Below, piece after piece: positions 43,869-53,658 of a stretch of 64,000 nt of DNA. How positions within the stretch are numbered: position 1 is the first letter of the stretch; every line of letters begins with the position of its first letter. The notes beneath the pieces are model-generated. The model saw only the letters and a list, made by a program, of their open reading frames with translations, made no database searches and was not told the DNA's origin. The position numbers and the translations under genes are program-made. The stretch lies in the IMG/VR virus record IMGVR_UViG_3300043823_000198, positions 1 to 64,000 of that record, one strand, 5' to 3'. The DNA is from a virus.

Positions 43869-44362
43869 TGTATTTCGAAAATTTTCCACAAATGCTTTAT
43901 GATTACCAGGTTGGTAATAATATTGAAGTATTTTTAATGACAGATATTACAAGAAATATTCGTTTTAGAACAGAAGTTCTTAGTAATATTACTGTTTATG
44001 ATTATTATGATATTATTGATGGCGAAACACCAGAGATTATTTCAGATAAAATTTATGGAACCCCAGAGTATCATTGGGTAATAATGCTGGCGAATGATCT
44101 TTATGATTATAGAGCAGATTTTCCATTGTCATATGATGCTCTTGAACAATACATAACAGACAAGTATGGTTCAAATGCAGATTCAATTCATCATTGGCAA
44201 GATCCAACTGGTCAATTCGTTGTTGATCAAACATATAGTGGCGCAACTTCAGTTTCAAACAGACAATATGAAGAAACGTTGAACGAAACAAAACGAAGAA
44301 TTAAAATAATATCACCATCTTTAATTCAACAAGTATTAATGAATTATCAAGATCAACTATAA
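43868..44362 (+). CDS. gp53: Baseplate wedge gp53 (LysM-like)
   Basis: MYF..FP, DGETPE.IS.K.YG..YHWVI, YE..LNE.KR.IK. Confidence 0.9.
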   Translation: MYFENFPQMLYDYQVGNNIEVFLMTDITRNIRFRTEVLSNITVYDYYDIIDGETPEIISDKIYGTPEYHWVIMLANDLYDYRADFPLSYDALEQYITDKYGSNADSIHHWQDPTGQFVVDQTYSGATSVSNRQYEETLNETKRRIKIISPSLIQQVLMNYQDQL

Positions 44363-45648
44363 TGCAATCAGGATCAACCAAACTTCGCTTTGCTGGCGAT
44401 GTAAGTATAGATAAAGCGTTAATTGTTACTCGTGCTGGCGTTCAGCAAGACGTAACAGCTCAGATTATCGCAGTATCCATTTATGAAGATATATTTTCTC
44501 AATTCATGACAGGTTCTATTATTTTAAAAGAATCTTTTGATTTTGTAAATTTATTTCCATTTGCTGGAGAAGAAACCCTTAGATTACAAATTTCAACACC
44601 ATCGCTAAATGTTGGTAATATTGTTGGAGATTTTTATATCTACAAATTATCAGATAGAGAATTGATTGGTGATAGAAATGTTGTGTATCAATTACATTTT
44701 ATATCAATGGAAGCTATTGTTGATCTTAATAAGAAAATTAGTAAGGTGTATAGTGGCGCTCCATCAGATATCGTTAAATCAGTTATTACTGATAAAATAA
44801 ATGGGCTTGAGAGTGGAAAACGAGTTCAGGTTGAACCAACTTCAAGAGACATTGCTTTTATTTCTAATTTTTGGCAACCATCGAAAATTATTCAATATGC
44901 AACAGATATTGCTATTAACAAAAACAATTCTCCTAGTTATGTGTTTTTTGAAAATAGAGATGGTTTCTATTTTGCCAGTCTAGATACTTTATACGCAAAC
45001 CCTGTTTATGCTGAGTTTGTGTATGACAAGTATACGAGAGATGCTCTACCAATGGGAGAAGACGTTCGTGATGTTGTAGAAGATTTCAAACGCATTGATC
45101 ATATAAGCATTCCTACTGGTTTTGATTACATGGACAGAATTAGAAGTGGATTGTTTTCTTCTAAAATCGTTTCTTTTGATTTAACAAAAAAACAATATAA
45201 TGTTAAAAATTTTACAATGTTTGATAATTTCCAGAAACAGAATCATCTAAACAAATACAATATAGCAAACACAAATTCAATTTTTAAAACAAATTCATTG
45301 CTAATAAATTATCCAAGAGATAACGCAAACTTCAGTGGATTTAATGATGTTACTAATTATAAAAATGAACAACAAAGAATATCTTTATTAAAAGCAGCAG
45401 AAGCAAATAAGATTCAAATTGTGGTTCCAGGAAGATGTGATTATACTGTTGGACAAAAGATGAAAATTACTTTATATAAAGTTGACCCAACTTCAGCGAA
45501 AGATAGCGATTCTGATCTTGTGGATAAGATGTTTTCTGGAAATTATATTTTATCTGCAATAAATCACTATATTACAAGAGAAAGACATGAATGTAATATG
45601 GAACTAATAAAAGACACTCTAATGATGAGTATTGATGGAACCAAATAA
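44362..45648 (+). CDS. Baseplate hub protein (gp27-like)
   Basis: IYEDI...MTG, GEE, FFENRDGF.F.S, SG.Y..SAI.H; between gp53 and gp5. Confidence 0.65.
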   Translation: MQSGSTKLRFAGDVSIDKALIVTRAGVQQDVTAQIIAVSIYEDIFSQFMTGSIILKESFDFVNLFPFAGEETLRLQISTPSLNVGNIVGDFYIYKLSDRELIGDRNVVYQLHFISMEAIVDLNKKISKVYSGAPSDIVKSVITDKINGLESGKRVQVEPTSRDIAFISNFWQPSKIIQYATDIAINKNNSPSYVFFENRDGFYFASLDTLYANPVYAEFVYDKYTRDALPMGEDVRDVVEDFKRIDHISIPTGFDYMDRIRSGLFSSKIVSFDLTKKQYNVKNFTMFDNFQKQNHLNKYNIANTNSIFKTNSLLINYPRDNANFSGFNDVTNYKNEQQRISLLKAAEANKIQIVVPGRCDYTVGQKMKITLYKVDPTSAKDSDSDLVDKMFSGNYILSAINHYITRERHECNMELIKDTLMMSIDGTK

Positions 45649-48600
45649 TGATATACACAGGAATTGTTGAAAATAGATCAGATCCTCTACAACTTGGTCG
45701 TTGCCAAGTTCGTATCGTAGGATTACATACTCATGACAAAACACAGTTAACAACATCTCAGCTGCCATGGGCAACACCAATTCAATCTATCTCTTCTGCA
45801 GCGATGAATGGTATTGGATTTACGCCTCTTGGTCCAGTTGAAGGTACTACTGTTATTATTGTGTTTGCAGATTATGATAAACAACAACCATTAATTGTTG
45901 GTACTGTTGGTGGTATCCCGCAAACACCTGTTGCTATCTCAGCTGATGATAATGATGTTGCTGTAAATGCATCAACAAAAGTTTCTGACATATCTTTAAC
46001 AACTATTGTTGGTCCAGTTACAGGAAAACAATTAACATTTACAGATCCAACTGGTAATACAAACCTAACAACAGGTCTTACAGCAAATATGTTTGTTGTT
46101 GGTTATGGATTATCCAGTACTTGTTTCATTGTTTCTGTTGATAGTGGAACTCAAATTACGATCAGCGAACCAGTTACTGGTTATGGTCAAAATATTATTA
46201 CATTTAAAGCAGCGCCAACTAATCTTGCAGCTGTTGCTCAAAGTAAGGCATTAAATGTTGTTACTGACAGTTCAGGAAACCCTGTTGTTTCTGGTAATGG
46301 CCAACCTGTAACAACAGGAACTACTTCTGTTACTCCGAGCGCAGTTAATAGTTCCATTCCAACAGTGCCTCCACCAAAGTCTGTATCAAACACAGCAATG
46401 GCAACTGCAGGTATTAATGCTTTAATCGCCGCATGCGATAAAGTTGGTCTAACAACTAAAGAACAAAAGTGTTCATTGCTCGGTATCGCAGGTGGTGAAA
46501 GTGGATGGATACCTCAATTAGAATCTTACAATTATTCTAAGACTAGACTTAAACAAATCTTCTCTTTCTTGAGCGATGCTGACGTTGAACAATATTCAGA
46601 TGCGCAAAAGAAAGGATTAACAAGAGAACAATTCTTCAGCGTTATCTATGGTCCAACTCGTAGAGGTAAAGGATTCCTAGGAAATCTTACTGACGCTGAC
46701 GGTGGTATGTATTATGGTCGTGGGTTTATTCAGTTGACAGGTCGTGGTAATTATAAGCGATATAATGATCTAGCCAATAATATGGGTTTGAATATTGATA
46801 TTCTGAATAACCCAGATTCTCTTGATGCAGATTTGAATGTTTCAGCGATAGTTGCTGCTCTTTATATCAAAGATCGTGTTCCTTCGGCAGTAAGTCCAAC
46901 TGATAATCCTGGATTTTTCTATGCTGCAAAAAAAGCAGTTGGTGTTAACTCTCCAGATATTGCTGCCAGAAAACTTTCTTACTATCAATATTTTTATGGA
47001 GCAGAAGCAACTGGTTCTGTTGAAAAATCTGCTGGTTCTCCAGCGCCAGAACCACCACCAAATAATGCGCCAGTAACTCCTGGACCATCTCCTGATAGTA
47101 TTGCTCGTGGGACAGATAATACTGGTTTCAGAGACCCAAATAACAAATATCCTTTACCAGATTATGTAAATGAACCAGATACAAATCGTCTCGCTCGTGG
47201 TATTATAAAAGGAACTGTCGTTGAATTAAAAGATGGAACTAGGGATCAGGGTATTCCAATTGCGCTTGATGGTGGAACATGGGATCAACCTCTTTCTGCG
47301 TATGGTTCAAAATATCCATTCAATAAAGTAATGGAAACTGAGTCAGGACATATTCAAGAATTTGATGACACTCCTGGACAAGAACGTATACACACTTATC
47401 ATAGAGCAGGAACTTATCATGAGATTGACCCAAATGGATCTGAGACAGTATTTATCAATGGTGAATCATATGTCATTATGCTCAGAAACAATTTCGTTCA
47501 TATTCAGGGTGATTGTAATTTAACTGTTGCTGGTAATGTAAACATATACGCTCAATCTGATGCAAACATTCAAGTAGAAGGCGACGCTACATTACAGGTT
47601 GGAAATAATCTGGCAGTTGGTGTTGCGAATGATTTTAGTTTGGCTGTGGGTGGGGATATTCAGATTAAAGCAGCTGGTAATTTTGACATTGCTGCTGATA
47701 ATATGACAGTCAACTCTACTAATAATTTGTTAATGCAATCTGGAGAAGAAACTAGTATTAATGCTGATTCTGTTAATATTGAATCATCAGCTGACACTAA
47801 TATTCTTGCTGGTGGAACTTTATATGCAGATTACAGTCAGGGTCAGTTTGGTAACGGAGCTGAATCTGCTGAAACTGTTGATGACTTCGATTTACCACCC
47901 CCAGATCCTGGTAATCCTCTTTACCCAGATGTTCCAGAATTACAACCACCAGATCGAGAAACTGAACAACTTGCTGCTGCTGAAACACCAGAAGATTATG
48001 CAACACCTGAAGGTAGGGCATTTGCTAATACGCAGGCTCAGGATACAGGAGTTCCAAATCCAACTCCACCAGCAGTTGATACTTCTGCTCAAACTACACC
48101 GACAGGTGGTTCAAACAACAACGTTCCTGTTGATTGTAAAGTGATTTATGGAACAACTAACTTTACAGACGACTATCGTTTATCTCCAAACTTTACACTT
48201 GGAATGTTAATTTCTGGTGGTTTAGCTGGTCCACATAAACTCGTTGATCAGGTTCTTAAGGATTCGCCAACTGCCCAAGAACGTGTTTACACTGTACAAG
48301 AAATTGTATGTAATATGGCAATGCTCGCGCAGAATCTACTTGAACCAGCTCTTGCAGTTCTTCCAGGTGGAATTGGTGGATATGGTAAACAATGGAAAGT
48401 TACTTCTGGGTATAGATTAAAAGGTGTTGTTAAACAAGAATCTCCAACATCAGATCACTGTAAAGGTATGGCAGTTGATATTGCGTTAATGTTACCAGAT
48501 CGTTATAATGCCACATACAATATGATTCAACAGATTGAACCAATAGTTCCTTATGATCAATTGATTCTTGAGTATCGTTTCAAAGACCAAGTTTGGATGC

Positions 48601-48722
48601 ATATGTCATACAAATCTAAAGGTTCTAGAAAGATGGCGTTTACTATGGCGAACGATAAAACATATCAAACAAACGGATTTGCCCTATTAACTGATGGCGC
48701 ATCTCCTCCACAGAAAGCGTAA
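45648..48722 (+). CDS. gp5: Central spike gp5 with GH19 lysozyme and C-terminal M15 peptidase domains
   Basis: OB-fold GIVENR.DPL.LGRCQVRI.G.H; YYGRGFIQLTG; ETESGH..EFDDTPG.ER; SGYR..SDH..G.AVD..WMH. Confidence 0.9.
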   Translation: MIYTGIVENRSDPLQLGRCQVRIVGLHTHDKTQLTTSQLPWATPIQSISSAAMNGIGFTPLGPVEGTTVIIVFADYDKQQPLIVGTVGGIPQTPVAISADDNDVAVNASTKVSDISLTTIVGPVTGKQLTFTDPTGNTNLTTGLTANMFVVGYGLSSTCFIVSVDSGTQITISEPVTGYGQNIITFKAAPTNLAAVAQSKALNVVTDSSGNPVVSGNGQPVTTGTTSVTPSAVNSSIPTVPPPKSVSNTAMATAGINALIAACDKVGLTTKEQKCSLLGIAGGESGWIPQLESYNYSKTRLKQIFSFLSDADVEQYSDAQKKGLTREQFFSVIYGPTRRGKGFLGNLTDADGGMYYGRGFIQLTGRGNYKRYNDLANNMGLNIDILNNPDSLDADLNVSAIVAALYIKDRVPSAVSPTDNPGFFYAAKKAVGVNSPDIAARKLSYYQYFYGAEATGSVEKSAGSPAPEPPPNNAPVTPGPSPDSIARGTDNTGFRDPNNKYPLPDYVNEPDTNRLARGIIKGTVVELKDGTRDQGIPIALDGGTWDQPLSAYGSKYPFNKVMETESGHIQEFDDTPGQERIHTYHRAGTYHEIDPNGSETVFINGESYVIMLRNNFVHIQGDCNLTVAGNVNIYAQSDANIQVEGDATLQVGNNLAVGVANDFSLAVGGDIQIKAAGNFDIAADNMTVNSTNNLLMQSGEETSINADSVNIESSADTNILAGGTLYADYSQGQFGNGAESAETVDDFDLPPPDPGNPLYPDVPELQPPDRETEQLAAAETPEDYATPEGRAFANTQAQDTGVPNPTPPAVDTSAQTTPTGGSNNNVPVDCKVIYGTTNFTDDYRLSPNFTLGMLISGGLAGPHKLVDQVLKDSPTAQERVYTVQEIVCNMAMLAQNLLEPALAVLPGGIGGYGKQWKVTSGYRLKGVVKQESPTSDHCKGMAVDIALMLPDRYNATYNMIQQIEPIVPYDQLILEYRFKDQVWMHMSYKSKGSRKMAFTMANDKTYQTNGFALLTDGASPPQKA

Positions 48723-49016
48723 ATGGGAAATCTAGCATACAAAGGTGTTATGAGTACAGGGAAGAATGGTGGTGGACCATCTGCTCTTACACATAAAATA
48801 CAATGTACCAAAAGTTATGTTGGCGGTATTATAATCGGTGTTGTTGGAGATCAATTCGACACACAACCAATAACAAATGATCATGACAGTCAGAGACAGA
48901 TAGTTGCAGGAGCATCGAAAACATTTTTTGAAGGAAATGCCGCTGCAAGGATAAACGACCCCCTCCAAGATGGCGATTCTATTGCTCAAGGTAATGCAAA
49001 AACAACTGTAGAATAA
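48723..49016 (+). CDS. PAAR-like spike tip (gp5.4)
   Basis: GASKTFFEGNAAARINDP..GD.IAQG. Confidence 0.75.
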   Translation: MGNLAYKGVMSTGKNGGGPSALTHKIQCTKSYVGGIIIGVVGDQFDTQPITNDHDSQRQIVAGASKTFFEGNAAARINDPLQDGDSIAQGNAKTTVE

Positions 49017-49017
49017 C

Positions 49018-49024
49018 CTAAATA
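49018..49024 (+). promoter_or_regulatory. Late promoter upstream of gp25
   Basis: CTAAATA. Confidence 0.55.
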
Positions 49025-49029
49025 AGCAT

Positions 49030-49422
49030 ATGGCAATCAATACAAGAACATTTTCAGATATAGATTTTAATTTTATTCCAAATCCTGTAACTGGTGATTT
49101 GGTTCTTCGTTTGGACGACGATGCAGTTAAAAATTCAGTTAAAAATCTTATTCTTACTTCTTTTTACGAGAGACCTTTTCACAGCGAAGTTGGTGCTCCG
49201 ATAAAAAGTATGCTATTTGAGCCAGCAACTCCAATGCTTGGTTCTATGATAAAACAAGCAATCATTAACACGATTAACAATTATGAACCAAGAGTCAACC
49301 TTTCTGATGTTATTGTTAACTCATCACCAGACGATTACTCGGTGTATATTACCATTGAATATACAATTTTAAATAGCACTGAACCACTTACCCTAGACTT
49401 AACATTACAAAGATCTCGATAA
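49030..49422 (+). CDS. gp25: Baseplate wedge gp25
   Basis: FSDID..F, AVKNSVKNL.LT..YERPF, NYEPRV. Confidence 0.9.
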   Translation: MAINTRTFSDIDFNFIPNPVTGDLVLRLDDDAVKNSVKNLILTSFYERPFHSEVGAPIKSMLFEPATPMLGSMIKQAIINTINNYEPRVNLSDVIVNSSPDDYSVYITIEYTILNSTEPLTLDLTLQRSR

Positions 49423-51266
49423 TGTCTAATAACCAAAAAATTTCAACAACAGATCTAGATTTTGACGACATCAAGTCAAATTTAATTACATATTTACAGG
49501 GGCAAACCCAATTTCAAGATTATAATTTTGAAGGTTCAGCGTTATCTGTTCTCTTAGATGTTCTTGCCTATAATACTCATTATAATGCTCTGTATAATAA
49601 CTTGGCAATTAATGAGATGTTTCTTGATTCTGCCAGAAAACGCAACAGTGTAGTTTCTCTTTCAAAAATGCTTGGCTATAGACCTAGATCAGCAGCCTGC
49701 GCGACAGCACAGGTTACTTTAACTGTTACTGTTCCAACTGGTTCTAATGTTCCAACAACATTAACACTCCCAGCTCTTTCTGCATTTAATACTAATGTGA
49801 ATGGAACGACATATTCGTTTTATAATCAACAATCTATTACAGTATCACCTTCTGGAAACACATTTACGTTCTCGAACATTACAATCACAGAAGGTACTCC
49901 TTTAACCAACACATATACATACGAAACAGGAACAGTTATTCAAATCCCTAATCAATATGCGGATTTAAGCACACTAACTGTTTCAGTTCAAGATAATGCA
50001 TCTTCATCTGTTTATAATTACTTTAAACCAGCAGACACATTAGTCAACGTCGGTCCAACATCCAATGTGTATTGGGTAAAAGAAATCGATGATGGATTAT
50101 ATGAAGTAGATTTTGGAGATGGTAATCTTGGAACTGCTCTGGTTCCAGGTAATGTTGTATATTTAAATTATTTTGTTTCTGATCTAGATGCTGTAAATGG
50201 AGCAAATTCTTTTACATATAATGGACCACAACTAATAAGCGCAGCACCAACAACTGTTACAACTTTATCTGCTGCTATAAATGGTTCTGATGTAGAGACT
50301 ATTGATAGTATTCGTTTCAATGCACCTAAGTTTTACTCTTCTCAGAATAGAGCTGTCACTGTTGATGATTATAAAGCAATTATATATTCTAATGTCCCAG
50401 TTGCTCAATCCGTTTCAGTATGGGGTGGTGAAGATAATGTTCCTCCTGTATATGGTCAAGTTTTTATTTGTATAAAACCTTATAATGTATCAGTATTAAC
50501 TTCTGTTCAAAAGACTGATATCATAACAAATATTCTTAAACCAAGAGGGATTGTTTCTATAATTCCAAATATTGTTGATCCGGACGTTATCAACATTGAG
50601 CTTACAATAACTGCATATTATAACGATCAAATTACAACTAAATCTCCATCTGACCTTGCAACTATTATTACCAATGTTGTTAGCGATTATAACAATTCTG
50701 ACTTACAGAATTTTGATGGAGTATTTAGATTTTCAAAATTAAGTAGATTAATTGATGAATCTGATGATTCAATTGAAAGTAATATCTCGACTTTAGTTCT
50801 TCAACGAGAAATCGCTAATCCACAATATAACACTTCTGCTGAATATACAATTAACCTTATTAATCCAATTCGTGAAACAGGAACTCCTGATAATGCTATT
50901 TTGAGTAGTGGTTTCTATATTCCTGGAAGCACTAATGTTTATTACCTAGACGACGATGGTCAAGGAAATATTCGCCTATTCTACTATGGCCCAGATGGTT
51001 CTAAAGTTGTGGCAAACGCTTCTATTGGAACAGTTACATATACTACAGGATACATTGATATTAAGAACCTAACAATTTCTTCTTTATATGATTCATCTTT
51101 ATATTTTACAATTAAACCACTTTCCAACGATGTAGTATCAGCCCTTTCTCAATATGTGCAAATTGATATGGCCAATTTGGTTGTCAATGTAATCCCTGAT
51201 CCAACTGCATCAGGATTGCTTGGTGGTGGAAACAACTACATATTTACTCCTAGTATTGTTGCGTAA
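49422..51266 (+). CDS. gp6: Baseplate wedge gp6
   Basis: LDFD.IK, DYNFEGS, LAYNTHY, NEMFLDSA, FGDG, QNRAVT..DY, WGGED. Confidence 0.95.
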   Translation: MSNNQKISTTDLDFDDIKSNLITYLQGQTQFQDYNFEGSALSVLLDVLAYNTHYNALYNNLAINEMFLDSARKRNSVVSLSKMLGYRPRSAACATAQVTLTVTVPTGSNVPTTLTLPALSAFNTNVNGTTYSFYNQQSITVSPSGNTFTFSNITITEGTPLTNTYTYETGTVIQIPNQYADLSTLTVSVQDNASSSVYNYFKPADTLVNVGPTSNVYWVKEIDDGLYEVDFGDGNLGTALVPGNVVYLNYFVSDLDAVNGANSFTYNGPQLISAAPTTVTTLSAAINGSDVETIDSIRFNAPKFYSSQNRAVTVDDYKAIIYSNVPVAQSVSVWGGEDNVPPVYGQVFICIKPYNVSVLTSVQKTDIITNILKPRGIVSIIPNIVDPDVINIELTITAYYNDQITTKSPSDLATIITNVVSDYNNSDLQNFDGVFRFSKLSRLIDESDDSIESNISTLVLQREIANPQYNTSAEYTINLINPIRETGTPDNAILSSGFYIPGSTNVYYLDDDGQGNIRLFYYGPDGSKVVANASIGTVTYTTGYIDIKNLTISSLYDSSLYFTIKPLSNDVVSALSQYVQIDMANLVVNVIPDPTASGLLGGGNNYIFTPSIVA

Positions 51267-53167
51267 TGATTACCAAACCTAATGTTTCTACTTTAGTTCC
51301 ACAACAACTTCCTGAATTTGTAAGGAATGAGTATGGAACATTTGTGTCTTTTTTACAAGCATACTATGATTATCTTGAAACAACTCAGGTTGATGTCACA
51401 ACAGCCAGAGATGTAGATTCAACACTAGACACATTCCTTACATATTTTAGAGATGAATTACTTTCAAAATTTCCCTTAGAAACAGTATCAGACCAACGTT
51501 TCATTATGAAACGTGTCAAAGATTTGTACCAAGCAAAGGGTACTGAATCCGCTGTTAAGTTGTTGTTTGAACTTATCTATGGTAAACAAGTAAGTGTATT
51601 TTATCCTTCAACGCAAGTTCTTCGCCCATCTGACAATACTTGGAATCAAGATACATCTCTATTTGTTCAGATTAACAATGGTAACCCAGACGATATCGTT
51701 GGAGCAATTGTTCAAATTATTTCTAACGATAAGATAACAGAAGTAACAGTTCAGGGTCGCCAGAACGTACAGATTGAAGTTGATAGAGCAATTGAAGTTT
51801 CTACAACAATTTATGAATATCTTATCGATCGTAGATTTTTTGGTAATATCAGTATCGGCGATATCGTTCGTTATCAAAACACAGAAACTGGTGTAGATTT
51901 CTCAGGAACTATTTTACCAACAACTTCTGGTTTACAAATTTTAGAACCAGGTACTGGTTTCAAAGTTGGTGATGTATACCCAATAACAAACTTCAACGGA
52001 ACAGGAACCATGTTAAAGGTTTCTCAGGTTGACAGTAATGGTGGTATTACTAAAGCGCAGTATATTCAATTTGGTACAAATTACACAACTAACTTCACTC
52101 AAACAATTTCTTCAACAACTGGAACTGCCGCTGTTGCACAAACAACTGGTGTCCAATTAACAAGAAGCGTAACCGAAACATTAAATGGACTTGGTGTTTA
52201 TGTTGCGACATATAACATCGGTATCTCTGAATTCACAAATGGTTTTGCTGAAGATGGTGTGTTCAACACAGTTGATTATGAATATGCGCAAAACACAAGC
52301 GTTATGGAATGGGATCCATCATATGCTGGTGCTATTCTAAGACAATTTGGCCTAACATCTACCCAGGCTATTACCTCATCTTCTTCTGAATATACTTCTG
52401 CCTTGGTTCAGGTTAATCTTGGTGCAGTTGCCACATATCCAGGATATTGGTTAACGAATGCCAGCTTTTTAGATGATGCTATTTTTATTCAAGATAGTCA
52501 TTTCTATCAGGCATTTTCTTATGTTGTCCAAATCGATGAAAAACTAGACACATATAAAACAGCTGTTAAGAATTTGATTCATCCTGCAGGTATGGCATTA
52601 TTTGGTGAATATAATGTACAGAATACATTTAGTTTGAATGTCCAGTTACAGTCTATTCTTAAGATTCTGAATGAATCGTTGAATGATAGTGTAACGATGC
52701 TTGAGTATGCTCAGTTGTTTACAACTAAACCATTGGCAGATTCTCAAACATTATCAGATTTCACTAAGTTGACAACAACTAAACCATTGACAGATTCTCA
52801 AACACTGTCAGATATTTTAGTAAAGCTAACAACAAAGGCGCTTACAGACAGTCAGACACTTACTGATGTAATCACATCTAAGATATTCGGTAAACTTCTT
52901 ACTGATTCTCAGACAATGGCAGAAAGTATTGGTCCATTTAGAACAACAAAAGCATTGGCAGACGCTCCTGTTATGTCTGACACGACAGGAACTAACCTAA
53001 ATAGAACAAACCCCCAAATAGTTTATACTACTAACGTAACTAATCAATCGTCTTCAAGTGTAACAATGTCCAGCGCAGGATTTATTGAATTGAATCCTTA
53101 CACATTAGCTGGTTATTTTACTGATGACACTGGATATTACGTTGGTTCACCAACTTCAATGAGTTAA
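51266..53167 (+). CDS. gp7: Baseplate wedge gp7-like, with C-terminal repeats
   Basis: QLPEFV, FLQAYY, Y.AKGTE, IQDS.FYQ.FSYV, HPAG..LFG. Confidence 0.75.
   Translation: MITKPNVSTLVPQQLPEFVRNEYGTFVSFLQAYYDYLETTQVDVTTARDVDSTLDTFLTYFRDELLSKFPLETVSDQRFIMKRVKDLYQAKGTESAVKLLFELIYGKQVSVFYPSTQVLRPSDNTWNQDTSLFVQINNGNPDDIVGAIVQIISNDKITEVTVQGRQNVQIEVDRAIEVSTTIYEYLIDRRFFGNISIGDIVRYQNTETGVDFSGTILPTTSGLQILEPGTGFKVGDVYPITNFNGTGTMLKVSQVDSNGGITKAQYIQFGTNYTTNFTQTISSTTGTAAVAQTTGVQLTRSVTETLNGLGVYVATYNIGISEFTNGFAEDGVFNTVDYEYAQNTSVMEWDPSYAGAILRQFGLTSTQAITSSSSEYTSALVQVNLGAVATYPGYWLTNASFLDDAIFIQDSHFYQAFSYVVQIDEKLDTYKTAVKNLIHPAGMALFGEYNVQNTFSLNVQLQSILKILNESLNDSVTMLEYAQLFTTKPLADSQTLSDFTKLTTTKPLTDSQTLSDILVKLTTKALTDSQTLTDVITSKIFGKLLTDSQTMAESIGPFRTTKALADAPVMSDTTGTNLNRTNPQIVYTTNVTNQSSSSVTMSSAGFIELNPYTLAGYFTDDTGYYVGSPTSMS
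52721..52980 (+). repeat. About five 17-aa coding repeats (TTKPLxDSQTLSD) in the gp7-like gene
   Basis: acaactaaaccattg..agattctcaaaca repeated with a ~51-nt period. Confidence 0.75.
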
Positions 53168-53181
53168 AATAGGAGAAATTT

Positions 53182-53643
53182 ATGGAATTATTAGACAATA
53201 CACTTAAGATTAAAGGCGATGTTGAGATCGTTCTCTTTGGCGCAGATGGACAGAAAAAAGACGCACGTCAGGTTAAGAACCTTGTTGTTACAGTAGGTAA
53301 GGCTTGGATTGCTTCCCGTATGCTAGTTGACGCTGGTGGTACTGGTGGTGTTCCTTTGATGTCATATATGGCTGTTGGTACATCTTCAACAACTCCAGCT
53401 GTTGGTGATACAACTCTTGGAACTGAAGCAGGTCGTGTGGCTTTAGCATCTTCTTCAGTAACTGGAACTGCAATCACTTACACTGCTACGTTCCCAGCTG
53501 GTACTGGTACTGGTGGTCTACAAGAAGCTGGTATTTTCAACGCTTCTTCTTCAGGCACTTTACTATGCCACACTACTTTCCCAGTTGTTAATAAAGCAGC
53601 TGGCGACACAGTTGCTATTACTTGGACAATCACAGTAAGTTAA
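53182..53643 (+). CDS. Virion structural protein, baseplate or fibre associated
   Basis: NLVVT.G, MAVGT, DTTLGTE, EAGIFN, NK..GD...ITW. Confidence 0.65.
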   Translation: MELLDNTLKIKGDVEIVLFGADGQKKDARQVKNLVVTVGKAWIASRMLVDAGGTGGVPLMSYMAVGTSSTTPAVGDTTLGTEAGRVALASSSVTGTAITYTATFPAGTGTGGLQEAGIFNASSSGTLLCHTTFPVVNKAAGDTVAITWTITVS

Positions 53644-53658
53644 TATTAGGTAGATTAA

